A DNA stretch of 64,000 nucleotides, taken from the NCBI GenBank assembly GCA_040882655.1, contig JBBEAV010000015.1, forward strand, positions 48,672-112,671, given 5' to 3'. The DNA is from Acidimicrobiales bacterium (GTDB lineage: Bacteria; Actinomycetota; Acidimicrobiia; Acidimicrobiales; Acidimicrobilacustridaceae). Shown here piece by piece: positions 28,374 through 37,868 of the stretch. Position numbers and translations under genes: made by a program. Within the stretch, counting starts at the first letter, position 1, and each line of letters starts with the position of its first letter. The notes under the pieces are model-generated. The model was not told the DNA's origin. It made no database searches and saw only the letters and a list, made by a program, of their open reading frames with translations.

Positions 28374-28769
28374 TTAGCCCCGACCCAAAACGCGAGTAAC
28401 CGTTATCTCTATGACAACGCGATCGTCACGTTGTTTCGGTTCTCGGTATCGCACGCCGTAGCGGGCAACGGCTTGGGCAACTCGATCCGGGTCGTTCGTT
28501 AGGGTTGCGGTGCCTTCAAGAGAAAGCCAGCGACCGCCATCAACCTGGCATACCGCTGCGGGGGAACCGGGGCGCTCGGCAATGTTGCGGGCCTTGCGAC
28601 TACCGGCCCATGTGATGACACGAACCAAAGACTCTGATGGGTCCCAGGTGAAACCAACAGCGACCACATGGGGGGTGTTATCGGCTCGCATCGTGGTGAG
28701 TGATGCCAAATGGCGTTCGGTGAGAAATGTCACGATCTCGGGCTCAAGGGCAGCGGGGTTATGGGCCAT
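28374..28769 (-). CDS. PPOX-class (pyridoxamine-5'-phosphate-oxidase-like) probable F420-dependent oxidoreductase
   Basis: LASLTTMRAD..PHVVAVGF, SRKARNI, RWLSLEG, RVVIEI. Confidence 0.85.
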   Translation of the reverse strand: MAHNPAALEPEIVTFLTERHLASLTTMRADNTPHVVAVGFTWDPSESLVRVITWAGSRKARNIAERPGSPAAVCQVDGGRWLSLEGTATLTNDPDRVAQAVARYGVRYREPKQRDDRVVIEITVTRVLGRG

Positions 28770-31327
28770 CAGTCACTCGAAATCGCTTGAAGGACATCAA
28801 GTCGGGCGGCGCGACGGGCAGGGTAGAGGGCGGCCCCGACCCCTGCGATGATCGCAATGATCACGATGATGATGAGCTGACTCCAAGGTATGGCAAACGT
28901 GGTGATTCCCTCGTCGACAAGAGCGGTCACGAGGGCCCAACCGAAGATGATGCCAATCACAAGTCCGATCAGCGTGCCCATCAAACTGATGATGACCGAT
29001 TCCAACCTGATAGTTGAACGAACTTGTCGGCGGCTCATGCCGACTGCGCGAAGCAATCCAAGTTCTCGTGTGCGTTCGTAAACCGATAACAACAATGTGT
29101 TGACGACGCCAACGATGGCAATGACAAGGGCAAGAGCAAGAAGCACATAGACAATTGAGAGGAACTGATTGACCTGATCGGTCTGCGCTTTTTTGTATTC
29201 GTTGAGGTTCTGTAACTTTGCACCGGGAACCGTATTGGTCACTGCTTGGAGTCCAGGAAGCGCTTCATCAATACCTGATGCTGAACTGTCATCGAGTTTG
29301 ATGTAGACCGCAGAAAAGGTTTGCTGCGATGGGGGCACAACCAAGTTGTATTGGTCCGTTGAAATGATCCAGCCCGGCCCCGTAATCGGAAACTCGGTTT
29401 TGTAGATTGAACTGAGGGTGAGGGTCGTTGCTCCGCCCTGAAGGAAAACGAGTTCGATTGGTTGACCAATCACGAGCTGTTTGTCTTCGGCGAGTTGATC
29501 AGAGGCTGCGATTTGCCCAACCGCAAGTGAAGAGAATGATCCTCCAACATCCGAAAAATCAATGACTTCGGAGATCGCTGGTGGATCGACCGCCAGAACA
29601 ATCTTTCCGGAGCCGTCAATGTTCGCGAATGTTGCACTGATACCGGCTGCAACTTGCACGCCGGGTGCCGATTCAAGTTCTGAGGCCATTTTTTGGGGAA
29701 GAGCGGTGGAACCAAAACTCTCTGTTGTCACAACGTATTGGCCTGTGACGGATTGATTGATTGCGTCGACGGTTGAAGCTTTGACTGACTGGGCAGTGAC
29801 AGCGATGAAACCGACGAGGCCAATTCCAATCATTAGCGCCGAGGCCGTTGTTGACGTACGGCGAGGATTCCGCATGGCGTTTTCGCGCGCAAGTCGGCCG
29901 GTGATGCGGGTTGATCGTTCCAATGGCCACCCAAGGACGCTGGCAAATGGAGTGGCGATGACTGGGCCAATCACAGTGAGTGCGATGAAGACAAAGAACG
30001 CTCCTCCACCAATGATTTGCAGCCCGGAATCTGAATTGCCGTTAAGCCCGAACCAGAGCAGGAATGCCCCGAGAGCGAGAAGCGCAAGACCGGAGGTAAC
30101 ACGAAGTTTCGATGTTCCGGTTCTGTCGACAGCAACATCACGCATGGCAGCAATAGGTGGAACGGTCGAAGCTCGTCTTGCCGGGAAGAGCGCCGATACC
30201 AACGTGATGGTTGTTCCGATGAGTATCGAAACAAGTATGGCGACGGGAGGAATTACAATCGGCGTGTCGGGACCAGAAAAACCGATTGACTGCATGAGGT
30301 TATTGAGTCCGATTGCGAGCAACACCCCGAAGCCGACGCCCACGAACGAGGCAAGAAGTCCGACAAAAAATGCTTCCAGAACGATGGAACCTAAAACCTG
30401 CTTGCGGCTGGCGCCGATAGCTCGCAGCAAGGCAAGTTCCCGGGTTCGTTGCGCCACGATGATGGAAAACGTGTTGTAGATAATGAACGAACCGACAAAC
30501 AATGCGATCAGAGCAAATACCAGCAAGAACGTACTGAAAATTCCAATGATTTTTTGGAACGCGCTTTGGCTCTCCTCGGTGAATTCCGTACCGGTGATGG
30601 CTTCAGTGCCAGGGGGGATGGCGTTTGATACGGCGGCGCTCAGTTGTGTTTGTGATTCGTTGTTTGTGCCCGCTACTGAAATCCAGTCGTACATCCCTGG
30701 TTCACCAACAAGATTCTGCACGGTGGCAGTGGAGAACAACGCCGACTGAGCGCCACCCCAGGTCTCAAGTTTGCCGAATTTGGCGATACCAACGAGTTGG
30801 AAGGATCGAACTCCGGTGGTGACAGAAACGTTGACGGTATCGCCGATGGAGTATCCCGAGTCTTTGGCGCTCTTTGCATCGAGAACGATGTCGGTGGCAG
30901 CAGTTGGCGGAGCCCCCTCGACGATTGACCAACCGTTGAGGGCGGGAGAGGTCAACCAATTGAGTCCAAAGTTTGGCGGTCCTTGCGCCGTAACGAGTGG
31001 TTGGTTGTCCTTGTCAAGAACTCTGATTTGGCCTACGACTTGGCCCTCGGCTGCCTCGACTCCGGGAACTTCGGTAACTGCAGGAAGAACGTTCTCCGAG
31101 ATTCTTGTGCGTTCAGGTCCGAAGGGAGTATCCACTTCATTTGTAGAACGCACGACAACGTCGATTGACGCGTAGACGTCGGCGAAAACCTTGTCGAAAC
31201 TTGCGCTCACACTCGAGGTGAGCACCTGAGTTCCAGACATAAAGGCAACGCCCAGGAGTACTGAAATGGCAGTTGCAATGAGACGAACTTTGTGCGCGAG
31301 AAGCCCACGAAGCGTAACTTTCAGCAC
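28769..31327 (-). CDS. ABC transporter permease (FtsX/MacB-like, duplicated)
   Basis: Two repeats: IYNTFSIIVAQRTRELALLRAIGA and VNTLLLSVYERTRELGLLRAVG. Confidence 0.92.
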   Translation of the reverse strand: MLKVTLRGLLAHKVRLIATAISVLLGVAFMSGTQVLTSSVSASFDKVFADVYASIDVVVRSTNEVDTPFGPERTRISENVLPAVTEVPGVEAAEGQVVGQIRVLDKDNQPLVTAQGPPNFGLNWLTSPALNGWSIVEGAPPTAATDIVLDAKSAKDSGYSIGDTVNVSVTTGVRSFQLVGIAKFGKLETWGGAQSALFSTATVQNLVGEPGMYDWISVAGTNNESQTQLSAAVSNAIPPGTEAITGTEFTEESQSAFQKIIGIFSTFLLVFALIALFVGSFIIYNTFSIIVAQRTRELALLRAIGASRKQVLGSIVLEAFFVGLLASFVGVGFGVLLAIGLNNLMQSIGFSGPDTPIVIPPVAILVSILIGTTITLVSALFPARRASTVPPIAAMRDVAVDRTGTSKLRVTSGLALLALGAFLLWFGLNGNSDSGLQIIGGGAFFVFIALTVIGPVIATPFASVLGWPLERSTRITGRLARENAMRNPRRTSTTASALMIGIGLVGFIAVTAQSVKASTVDAINQSVTGQYVVTTESFGSTALPQKMASELESAPGVQVAAGISATFANIDGSGKIVLAVDPPAISEVIDFSDVGGSFSSLAVGQIAASDQLAEDKQLVIGQPIELVFLQGGATTLTLSSIYKTEFPITGPGWIISTDQYNLVVPPSQQTFSAVYIKLDDSSASGIDEALPGLQAVTNTVPGAKLQNLNEYKKAQTDQVNQFLSIVYVLLALALVIAIVGVVNTLLLSVYERTRELGLLRAVGMSRRQVRSTIRLESVIISLMGTLIGLVIGIIFGWALVTALVDEGITTFAIPWSQLIIIVIIAIIAGVGAALYPARRAARLDVLQAISSD

Positions 31328-31328
31328 T

Positions 31329-32087
31329 TCAGGCTCCGAAACTCTTCATGCGGTCGATAATCGAATCGGCGTTGGGCGAGTGCAGGTCATCGACGACTCT
31401 CCCATCGACGAGAAAAATGACTCGGTCGGCGTAACTCGCAGCGAGGGGATCGTGAGTCACCATCACGATGGTTTGCGCGAACTTATCGACGGCCATGCGC
31501 ATGAATTCAAGAATTTCTGATCCACTGCGCGAGTCAAGGTTGCCAGTGGGTTCATCGGCAAAAATGATTTCCGGCTGACTTGCAAGTGCGCGAGCAACGG
31601 CGACGCGCTGTTGTTGTCCGCCGGAAAGTTCGCTGGGGCGATGTGAAACCCGATCACCGAGACCCACCGTGGCGACGATGGTGTCGAGCCACTCTTGATC
31701 GGGCGCCCGTCCAGCGAGGTCCATCGGGAGGGTGATGTTCTCGAGCGCTGTCAGCGTGGGAACCAAGTTGAAGGCCTGGAAAACGAATCCGATTGTGTCT
31801 CGGCGCAGACGCGTGAGTTGCTTGTCATTGAGCCCACTGAGATTGACCTCGCCAATGAAAATTTGGCCCAAATCGATGGTGTCAAGGCCAGCGACGCAGT
31901 GCATCAGTGTGGACTTACCGCTTCCGGATGGGCCCATAATTGCAGTGAACTTGCCTCGTTCAAATGTCACACTCACATCGTCAAGAGCGGTTACGAGGGT
32001 GTCACCTGCGCCGTAGATCTTGCTCACGCCCACGGTATGAGCGGCAGTTGAAAGGTCGGCGGGGGGAGAATTGGTAGTCGTCGTCAC
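31329..32087 (-). CDS. ABC transporter ATP-binding protein (LolD/MacB-type)
   Basis: GPSGSGKST, LSGGQQQRVA, IFADEPTGNLD, MVTHD. Confidence 0.95.
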   Translation of the reverse strand: MTTTTNSPPADLSTAAHTVGVSKIYGAGDTLVTALDDVSVTFERGKFTAIMGPSGSGKSTLMHCVAGLDTIDLGQIFIGEVNLSGLNDKQLTRLRRDTIGFVFQAFNLVPTLTALENITLPMDLAGRAPDQEWLDTIVATVGLGDRVSHRPSELSGGQQQRVAVARALASQPEIIFADEPTGNLDSRSGSEILEFMRMAVDKFAQTIVMVTHDPLAASYADRVIFLVDGRVVDDLHSPNADSIIDRMKSFGA

Positions 32088-32115
32088 GGGGAAAAGGCTA
32101 GGCCCTAAACGTGCA

Positions 32116-32143
32116 ATGGGGACAGGCGGCTTCCTGTCCCCAT
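32116..32143 (-). terminator. Stem-loop downstream of the peroxiredoxin, probable terminator
   Basis: ATGGGGACAGG-cggctt-CCTGTCCCCAT, 11-bp perfect stem about 23 nt after the stop. The U-tail is weak. Confidence 0.55.
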
Positions 32144-32166
32144 CTCTACATTGTGTTTGGTTGCGT

Positions 32167-32802
32167 TCAGCGGTTGGGCTGAGGAGTCATTCGGAGGTAG
32201 GGCTTGAGTTTTGTGAATCCTTTGGGGAATCGCTCGGTTGCTTCCTCATCCGTCAGGGCCGGCACGACGATGACGTCCTCGCCGTCTTTCCAGTTGGCAG
32301 GTGTGGCGACCTTGTAGCCATCGGTGAGTTGCAGAGAGTCGATGACTCGGAGGAGCTCATCGAAATTCCGACCAGTGCTGGCCGGATAGGTGAGGATCAG
32401 TCGAACCTTATTGGCCGGATCAATCACAAAAACAGACCGAACGGTGAGGGTGTCGTTGGCGTTCGGGTGGATCATGTCGTAGAGGTCGGCCACCGAGCGA
32501 TCGGGGTCGGCGATCACGGGAAAGTTCACTGCCTGGCCTTGGGTCTCTTCGATATCGCCTTCCCATGCGAGATGGGAGTCAACTGGGTCGACCGAGAGGC
32601 CGATGGGCTTGACGTTGCGCTTCTCCCACTCGGGCTTGAGCTTGGCCACGGTGCCTAGTTCGGTAGTGCACACCGGGGTGAAGTCCTTGGGATGCGAGAA
32701 CAAAATGGACCAAGAATCACTTTTCCATTCGTGAAAGGAAACGCTGCCTTGCGTGGTGTCAGCGGTGAAGTCAGGGGCGATATCGCCGAGGCGTAGTGCC
32801 AT
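32167..32802 (-). CDS. 1-Cys peroxiredoxin (Prx6 type)
   Basis: LFSHPKDFTPVCTTE, YPASTGRNFDE, VATPANW, KPYLR. Confidence 0.95.
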   Translation of the reverse strand: MALRLGDIAPDFTADTTQGSVSFHEWKSDSWSILFSHPKDFTPVCTTELGTVAKLKPEWEKRNVKPIGLSVDPVDSHLAWEGDIEETQGQAVNFPVIADPDRSVADLYDMIHPNANDTLTVRSVFVIDPANKVRLILTYPASTGRNFDELLRVIDSLQLTDGYKVATPANWKDGEDVIVVPALTDEEATERFPKGFTKLKPYLRMTPQPNR

Positions 32803-32865
32803 GATTTGAAAGCCTCCATGGCTCATTATGTGGATGGGACTGCGAGTATGCCCGAATTCGGGACA

Positions 32866-32890
32866 AAAGTCGATCTGTTTGGTCGGGAAT
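32866..32890. promoter_or_regulatory. Possible Rrf2-family (IscR type-1-like) operator upstream of the peroxiredoxin
   Basis: 25-bp imperfect palindrome AAAGTCGATCTGTTTGGTCGGGAAT, similar by recall to IscR type-1 sites. Confidence 0.4.
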
Positions 32891-32954
32891 TGCGGAGCCG
32901 GTGAAAATCTGAGTCTCGAGAGGTTGTGTCCTGCTGAATTCGGCCAGATGGAAG

Positions 32955-33446
32955 TCAGTGGCCGCCGGGGACGAACCGCTCAAGCGACGCTTCAATTTCT
33001 GCCCACGCAGCTTCACGACCTTCGAAATCGCCCACTTCCGAAAACTTCCCGGGCTCAAGGTCCTTATAAATCGTGAAGAAATGTTTGATTTCAGCGAGAG
33101 TCTCGGCGGGTATGTCGTCAATGTTTGTGGCATCACGCCAACGGGGCTCGCGGTGATGAACGCAGACAATCTTGGCGTCTCGACCGGCGTCGTCGGTCAT
33201 CCAAAGTACGCCAACGGGTCGAACGTGAATCCAACAACCGGGGAAGGTCGGGTCCTCGGTGAATACCAAAACGTCTAGAGGATCGCCGTCCTCGGAGAGC
33301 GTATTGGGGATGAATCCGTATTCGGTCGGGTAGGTGGTTGCAGTGAAGAGCCGACGATCAAGCCGGATCTGGCCGGTCTCGTGGTCGATTTCGTACTTGT
33401 TGCGACTGCCGCGTGGGATCTCGATTACCACATCAATGGTTTCCAT
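32955..33446 (-). CDS. ppa: Inorganic pyrophosphatase (family I)
   Basis: EIPRGSRNKYE, YGFIP, DGDPLDVL, DAKI, HFFTIYKDLE. Confidence 0.96.
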   Translation of the reverse strand: METIDVVIEIPRGSRNKYEIDHETGQIRLDRRLFTATTYPTEYGFIPNTLSEDGDPLDVLVFTEDPTFPGCWIHVRPVGVLWMTDDAGRDAKIVCVHHREPRWRDATNIDDIPAETLAEIKHFFTIYKDLEPGKFSEVGDFEGREAAWAEIEASLERFVPGGH

Positions 33447-33524
33447 ATCCCTAGTCTTATCGCTTCTGTCGTTGTTGGGAATCGGTCCGCTTCAGGGTCT
33501 GTGCGAGACTCCTCCATCGTGAGC

Positions 33525-34412
33525 ATGCGCAAACTGACCTCAACCGACGGATTCGTCGTTATTGACCTTGATGATGCCCCAATAGCGATCGGAATTGTCC
33601 GGTCGGCTCCGAAGGTGCTTGTCGACGGAGCGACCTGGCTCGCAAGATCCGAGACCTATCGCTTTGCATTCTTTGGCCGGAAGGTCTCGGGCGCGTCCGC
33701 CGCAGTGAACTCGCCTCCCGACACCAAAACTGAAGCGATCGCTGCGTTTGCAACGGAACTTTCTGGTGATGGTTATGAAACTGTTCATCTCAGTGCGGGT
33801 AAGGGGGTCACAGCAGCAGATTTGGCGGGGCTCCGCGAGCGTGACCCACGCCCCGAGTCGTGGTTGACCAATCGTGATGCAAACGTTGCGGCCGGAATCG
33901 TGGCCGCAACCGATCGAACTCTTGGCGGTCTTTCCGGGAGATCAATCGCTGTTGAGCAGTTCGATGCAATGAGCACCTCACTGGTTGAACTTTTTCGTTC
34001 CGCTGGTGCGACTGTCATTGATCCTGCGGATTCAGAAGACCCCAACGCAGTGCTCCATATCGAAGCCGATGCATTGGTCGCTGGCTCGAAGGTGGGGCTA
34101 ATTGGCCACGGCAATGTGGGCAACGTGCGCGCAAAATTGATTGTTCCGAGCGGACCAATGCCCGTCACCACAAAAGCGCTTGCGGCGTTTGGGCGCGAGG
34201 AAGTTCTGGTGCTCCCGGATTTTGTTACGACATCGGGTCACTTGGCGGCGTGGCCACTGGAAGATTCATCAACTGATCCGGCATCGCTTATCGGAGATGC
34301 AATTGCTCAGGTTCTCGAACATCCGAGCGGGCCTCTGCTTGGTGCGTGCGAGATTGCCGAAGAGTTTCTTGCGAGTTGGGCCACCGTTCCGTTCGGTCGG
34401 CCGATCGCTTGA
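33525..34412 (+). CDS. Glu/Leu/Phe/Val dehydrogenase-fold protein, catalytically degenerate
   Basis: GFVVID..GIVR..LARSETYRFA..SGASAAVN and VLVLPDFVTTSG follow the ELFV dehydrogenase pattern. Start uncertain (GTG 33519 or ATG 33525). Confidence 0.6.
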   Translation: MRKLTSTDGFVVIDLDDAPIAIGIVRSAPKVLVDGATWLARSETYRFAFFGRKVSGASAAVNSPPDTKTEAIAAFATELSGDGYETVHLSAGKGVTAADLAGLRERDPRPESWLTNRDANVAAGIVAATDRTLGGLSGRSIAVEQFDAMSTSLVELFRSAGATVIDPADSEDPNAVLHIEADALVAGSKVGLIGHGNVGNVRAKLIVPSGPMPVTTKALAAFGREEVLVLPDFVTTSGHLAAWPLEDSSTDPASLIGDAIAQVLEHPSGPLLGACEIAEEFLASWATVPFGRPIA

Positions 34413-34417
34413 AGGCT

Positions 34418-35812
34418 ATGGGATCTTCTGCGGGAATGGTGTGGTTTCGTCGAGATCTTCGGCTCGATGACAATCCAGCTTGGGCTGCAGCGACTTCAGA
34501 ACACGATCTCGTCACGGCCCTGTTTGTTGTCGACCCTGTGCTCTACGAAAGAGCGAGTTCACGACGGATCTCGCGACTTTTCGGCGATGTCAAAGCGCTT
34601 GATGCTTCACTGACGCGCAACGGTGGTCGTCTGCTCGTTCGCATTGGCGACCCGCGAGTGATGGTTCCTGCTGAAGCGAAGCGGCTTGATATTTCTGCGA
34701 TTCATGTGAACCGAGATGTGACGCCCTATGCCACCGATCGGGATATGCAGGTTGAAACTGCATTGCAAGGCTCAGTGGTCGAATGGGTGCCCGAATGGGG
34801 AACGATGACGCATGAACCGGGCTTGATTCGCACAAAGGCGGGCACTCTTTCGCAAGTATTCACGCCCTTTTTTCGGGTCTGGGAGCGAACACCCTGGACT
34901 CCATGGCCGACTCCGGGCGACGCGAAAATTGCGAATGATCCTGGAGATTCGTTGCCTGAGCATCAGGGGGTCTATCCGCTTCTTGAAGGTGACATCGGAG
35001 AGGCAGCGTTGCCCGGCGAACAGGGAGCGCAGGCCCGACTGGCACTGGCGGTTGAGCGCGCCGACTCCTATGCCGAAGATCGCAACACTCCATCGATTCT
35101 TGGTACCTCGCAACTCTCAATTGATCTTCGATTTGGCACGTTGTCGCCGCGCTTCATTGCCCGAGTTGTAGGGGAGTCCTCACCCGGTCGCGCTGCGTTG
35201 GTGCGACAACTTGCATGGCGCGACTGGTACGCACACATGCTGTACGCCACGCCCTCGCTTGTTGAGCAACCAATGAAGCCTCAGTACGCGAAGATTAAAT
35301 GGCGCAGTGATGACAACAGTTTTCTTGCATGGAAAAATGGTCTCACTGGATTTCCTTTAGTCGACGCCGGAATGCGACAACTCAAGGAAACAGGATGGAT
35401 GCATAACCGTGTTCGAATGGTCACGGCCTCATTCCTCGTGAAAAACCTGCTGATCGATTGGCGACGTGGCGAAAGGTATTTCCGGCATGTGCTTCTCGAC
35501 GCTGATATCTCTCAGAACGTCGGTAATTGGCAGTGGGTGGCGGGTACGGGGCCAGACGCTTCGCCCTACAACCGAGTCTTCAACCCGATATTGCAAAGCA
35601 AACGATTTGACGAAAATGGTGCGTACATCCGACGTTGGGTTCCAGAACTCGCAGGGCTTGATTCGAACGCTATTCACGAACCATGGGAAGTCGGTCCGCT
35701 TGAGTTAGCGGCGGCAGGTGTTGAATTAGGAATCGAATACCCCGCACCAATTGTTGATCTGGCATTCAGTCGAAAACGAGTGCTCGAAGTATACGGAGCA
35801 ACGAAAAACTGA
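34418..35812 (+). CDS. phrB: Deoxyribodipyrimidine (CPD) photolyase
   Basis: WFRRDLRLDDNPA, TGFPLVDAGMRQL, GWMHNRVRM, GNWQW, RVFNP, YIRRWVPEL. Confidence 0.93.
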   Translation: MGSSAGMVWFRRDLRLDDNPAWAAATSEHDLVTALFVVDPVLYERASSRRISRLFGDVKALDASLTRNGGRLLVRIGDPRVMVPAEAKRLDISAIHVNRDVTPYATDRDMQVETALQGSVVEWVPEWGTMTHEPGLIRTKAGTLSQVFTPFFRVWERTPWTPWPTPGDAKIANDPGDSLPEHQGVYPLLEGDIGEAALPGEQGAQARLALAVERADSYAEDRNTPSILGTSQLSIDLRFGTLSPRFIARVVGESSPGRAALVRQLAWRDWYAHMLYATPSLVEQPMKPQYAKIKWRSDDNSFLAWKNGLTGFPLVDAGMRQLKETGWMHNRVRMVTASFLVKNLLIDWRRGERYFRHVLLDADISQNVGNWQWVAGTGPDASPYNRVFNPILQSKRFDENGAYIRRWVPELAGLDSNAIHEPWEVGPLELAAAGVELGIEYPAPIVDLAFSRKRVLEVYGATKN

Positions 35813-35815
35813 TTT

Positions 35816-36121
35816 TCAGGATGCTCTCGCTGCGTCCTGCACGGAGCGGCGGCTAATCGATCGAGGAGAGTGACCGGAAGCGGCGCGCTCTTCTTCGTTC
35901 TCTCCGCCCCAAAAACCGTTCTCTCGATTGTCACGAGCCATTTCACGGCAGTCAAAATTTACTGGGCACGCTGCGCACATGGCGCGGGCGGAGGCTTCTC
36001 TACGTACCCGGCGTTCTGGTCGTTCCCCGGCAATTCCAAAAAACAGGGTGGTTCGGCCCTTGCATGATGCGAGGTCCATCCACTCTGGACGGGCAGCGGC
36101 GGCAACCAACATTGTTTCCAT
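35816..36121 (-). CDS. WhiB-family Fe-S transcription regulator
   Basis: W...ASC, LFF, CAACPV...C, GFWGG..EEER. Confidence 0.9.
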   Translation of the reverse strand: METMLVAAAARPEWMDLASCKGRTTLFFGIAGERPERRVRREASARAMCAACPVNFDCREMARDNRENGFWGGENEEERAASGHSPRSISRRSVQDAARAS

Positions 36122-36321
36122 ATCGACTCCTAGGTGGTGAGACCAAGTTGCACGGTGTAGGACATGAAACAGAAGTTAGTGCTAATTATTTCAACTTGCT
36201 CCGGAAAGTTCCTTTTCTGCCTGTGGCATGGGCCACAGGTCCCGATTTCGGCTCGTTAACGCAGAGCAGTCGGAAGAGATTGACTGGAGGTGGAGCAAGG
36301 TCCGGCCCCTAGGCTCGGGCT

Positions 36322-37857
36322 GTGACTGTGTTTCTCGTTGGAGCTGGGCCGGGCGATCCGGGGTTGCTGACGGTTCGCGGGGCTGAGGTGCTTGCAGTGG
36401 CTGATGTTGTGGTCTTCGACCGACTTTCGGTTGGCGCTTTGCTTGATCTCGCGCCGCCCGGGGCTGAACGCATCAGCGTGGCGAAATCCGCAGGACAAGC
36501 CCTGATGGAGCAGGACGATATCAATGCCCTCCTCGTCGCCAAGGCTCAGGAGGGGCTGACTGTGGTTCGGCTCAAAGGCGGCGATCCATTTGTTTTCGCC
36601 CGAGGTGGAGAAGAAGCGGCCGCCCTCGCTGATGCCGGGATTCACTTCGAAGTTGTCCCCGGGGTCACCTCAGCAATCGCCGTTCCTGCCTATGCCGGGA
36701 TTCCCGTGACACTGCGGCACTCGTCAACTTCTTTCACTGTCATAACTGGCCACGAAGACCCGGACAAAAGTGACGAAGTTAATTGGGAGGCGGCCGCGCA
36801 ATTGGGCGGGACCATTGTCATCTTGATGGGGGTTGGGCGAATTCAGAAGATCGTTAATCGGCTCGTCGCTGGTGGTCTCGACCCAATGACTCCGGCGGCG
36901 GCTATCCGGTGGGGAACTCGACCCGAACAGCACACAGTTCGAGCACCAATCTCGCAACTCCCGCGTGAAGAACTTGCATCGCCGAGTGTGATCGTGATCG
37001 GACAGGTCGCTGCACTTGATCTCTCATGGTTTGAATCTCGCCCACTCTTCGGCAAAAAAGTGATCGTCACTCGTCCGCGCCACCAGTCCTCGGCCCTGGC
37101 CGATCGCCTCCGCAGTGAAGGTGCAGATGCGCTCATCATTCCCACGATCGAGATCGTTGATCCTCTTGATAACGGTGCCGCGTTACGAACGGCTGTTCAA
37201 ACTTTGGTCACCTACGACTGGGTCGTTGTTACTTCAGCGAATGGTGCCGCCCGTTTCTGCGAACAACTCCGTGATGCTCGCGATCTAGCCGGTGTTCGAA
37301 TAGCGGCGATCGGACCAGGAACCGTCGAAAGGCTCGCCGATAACCATCTGGTAGCCGATCTCGTGCCGGATCGGTTTATCGCAGAGTCACTACTTGAGGC
37401 GTTTCCGTTACCTCGTGACGCCGACAAGGGCCGGGTAGCACTAGTTCGAGCTGAAGTTGCTCGTGATGTTTTACCCGATGGCCTGCGAAATCTCGGCTGG
37501 GAGGTTGACATCGTTGATGCCTACCGAACGGTCGCAGTGCAACCAACTGAAGCAGATCGTGAACGAATTATTGGAGCCGATATTGTGACCTTTACATCAG
37601 CGTCAACCGTGGAGAATTGGGTTGCGGCCTTCGGCGCTGACACCCTGCCCAAGATGGTTGCATGCATTGGTCCAATCACTGCCGACACTGCGCGCAGGGC
37701 GGGTCTTCGGGTCGACGTCATCGCTGAGGTTCACACCATTGACGGGCTTGTGGATGCAGTTATCGAATGTGCTGCTTCTCCGAATGCACCTAAAATAGGG
37801 GCACCTCGGGCGTCGCACGGTCGCTCAGGATTTAGCCGCCAACAGCGGCGTGCATAG
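36322..37857 (+). CDS. cobA: Fused uroporphyrinogen-III C-methyltransferase / uroporphyrinogen-III synthase (CobA-HemD)
   Basis: LVGAGPGDPGLLT, RLKGGDPF, VVPGVTS, then RPLFGKKVIVTRP, TSANG, FTSASTV, CIGPIT. Confidence 0.93.
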   Translation: MTVFLVGAGPGDPGLLTVRGAEVLAVADVVVFDRLSVGALLDLAPPGAERISVAKSAGQALMEQDDINALLVAKAQEGLTVVRLKGGDPFVFARGGEEAAALADAGIHFEVVPGVTSAIAVPAYAGIPVTLRHSSTSFTVITGHEDPDKSDEVNWEAAAQLGGTIVILMGVGRIQKIVNRLVAGGLDPMTPAAAIRWGTRPEQHTVRAPISQLPREELASPSVIVIGQVAALDLSWFESRPLFGKKVIVTRPRHQSSALADRLRSEGADALIIPTIEIVDPLDNGAALRTAVQTLVTYDWVVVTSANGAARFCEQLRDARDLAGVRIAAIGPGTVERLADNHLVADLVPDRFIAESLLEAFPLPRDADKGRVALVRAEVARDVLPDGLRNLGWEVDIVDAYRTVAVQPTEADRERIIGADIVTFTSASTVENWVAAFGADTLPKMVACIGPITADTARRAGLRVDVIAEVHTIDGLVDAVIECAASPNAPKIGAPRASHGRSGFSRQQRRA

Positions 37858-37868
37858 GCTCTCTACTA

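Noticed and set aside
29757-30479. Long antisense or alternate-frame ORFs (also 25341-26102, 17159-17869, 17841-18617, 62501-63208)
   Set aside because: They overlap well-supported genes, have no motifs and are expected shadows of GC-rich codon usage.
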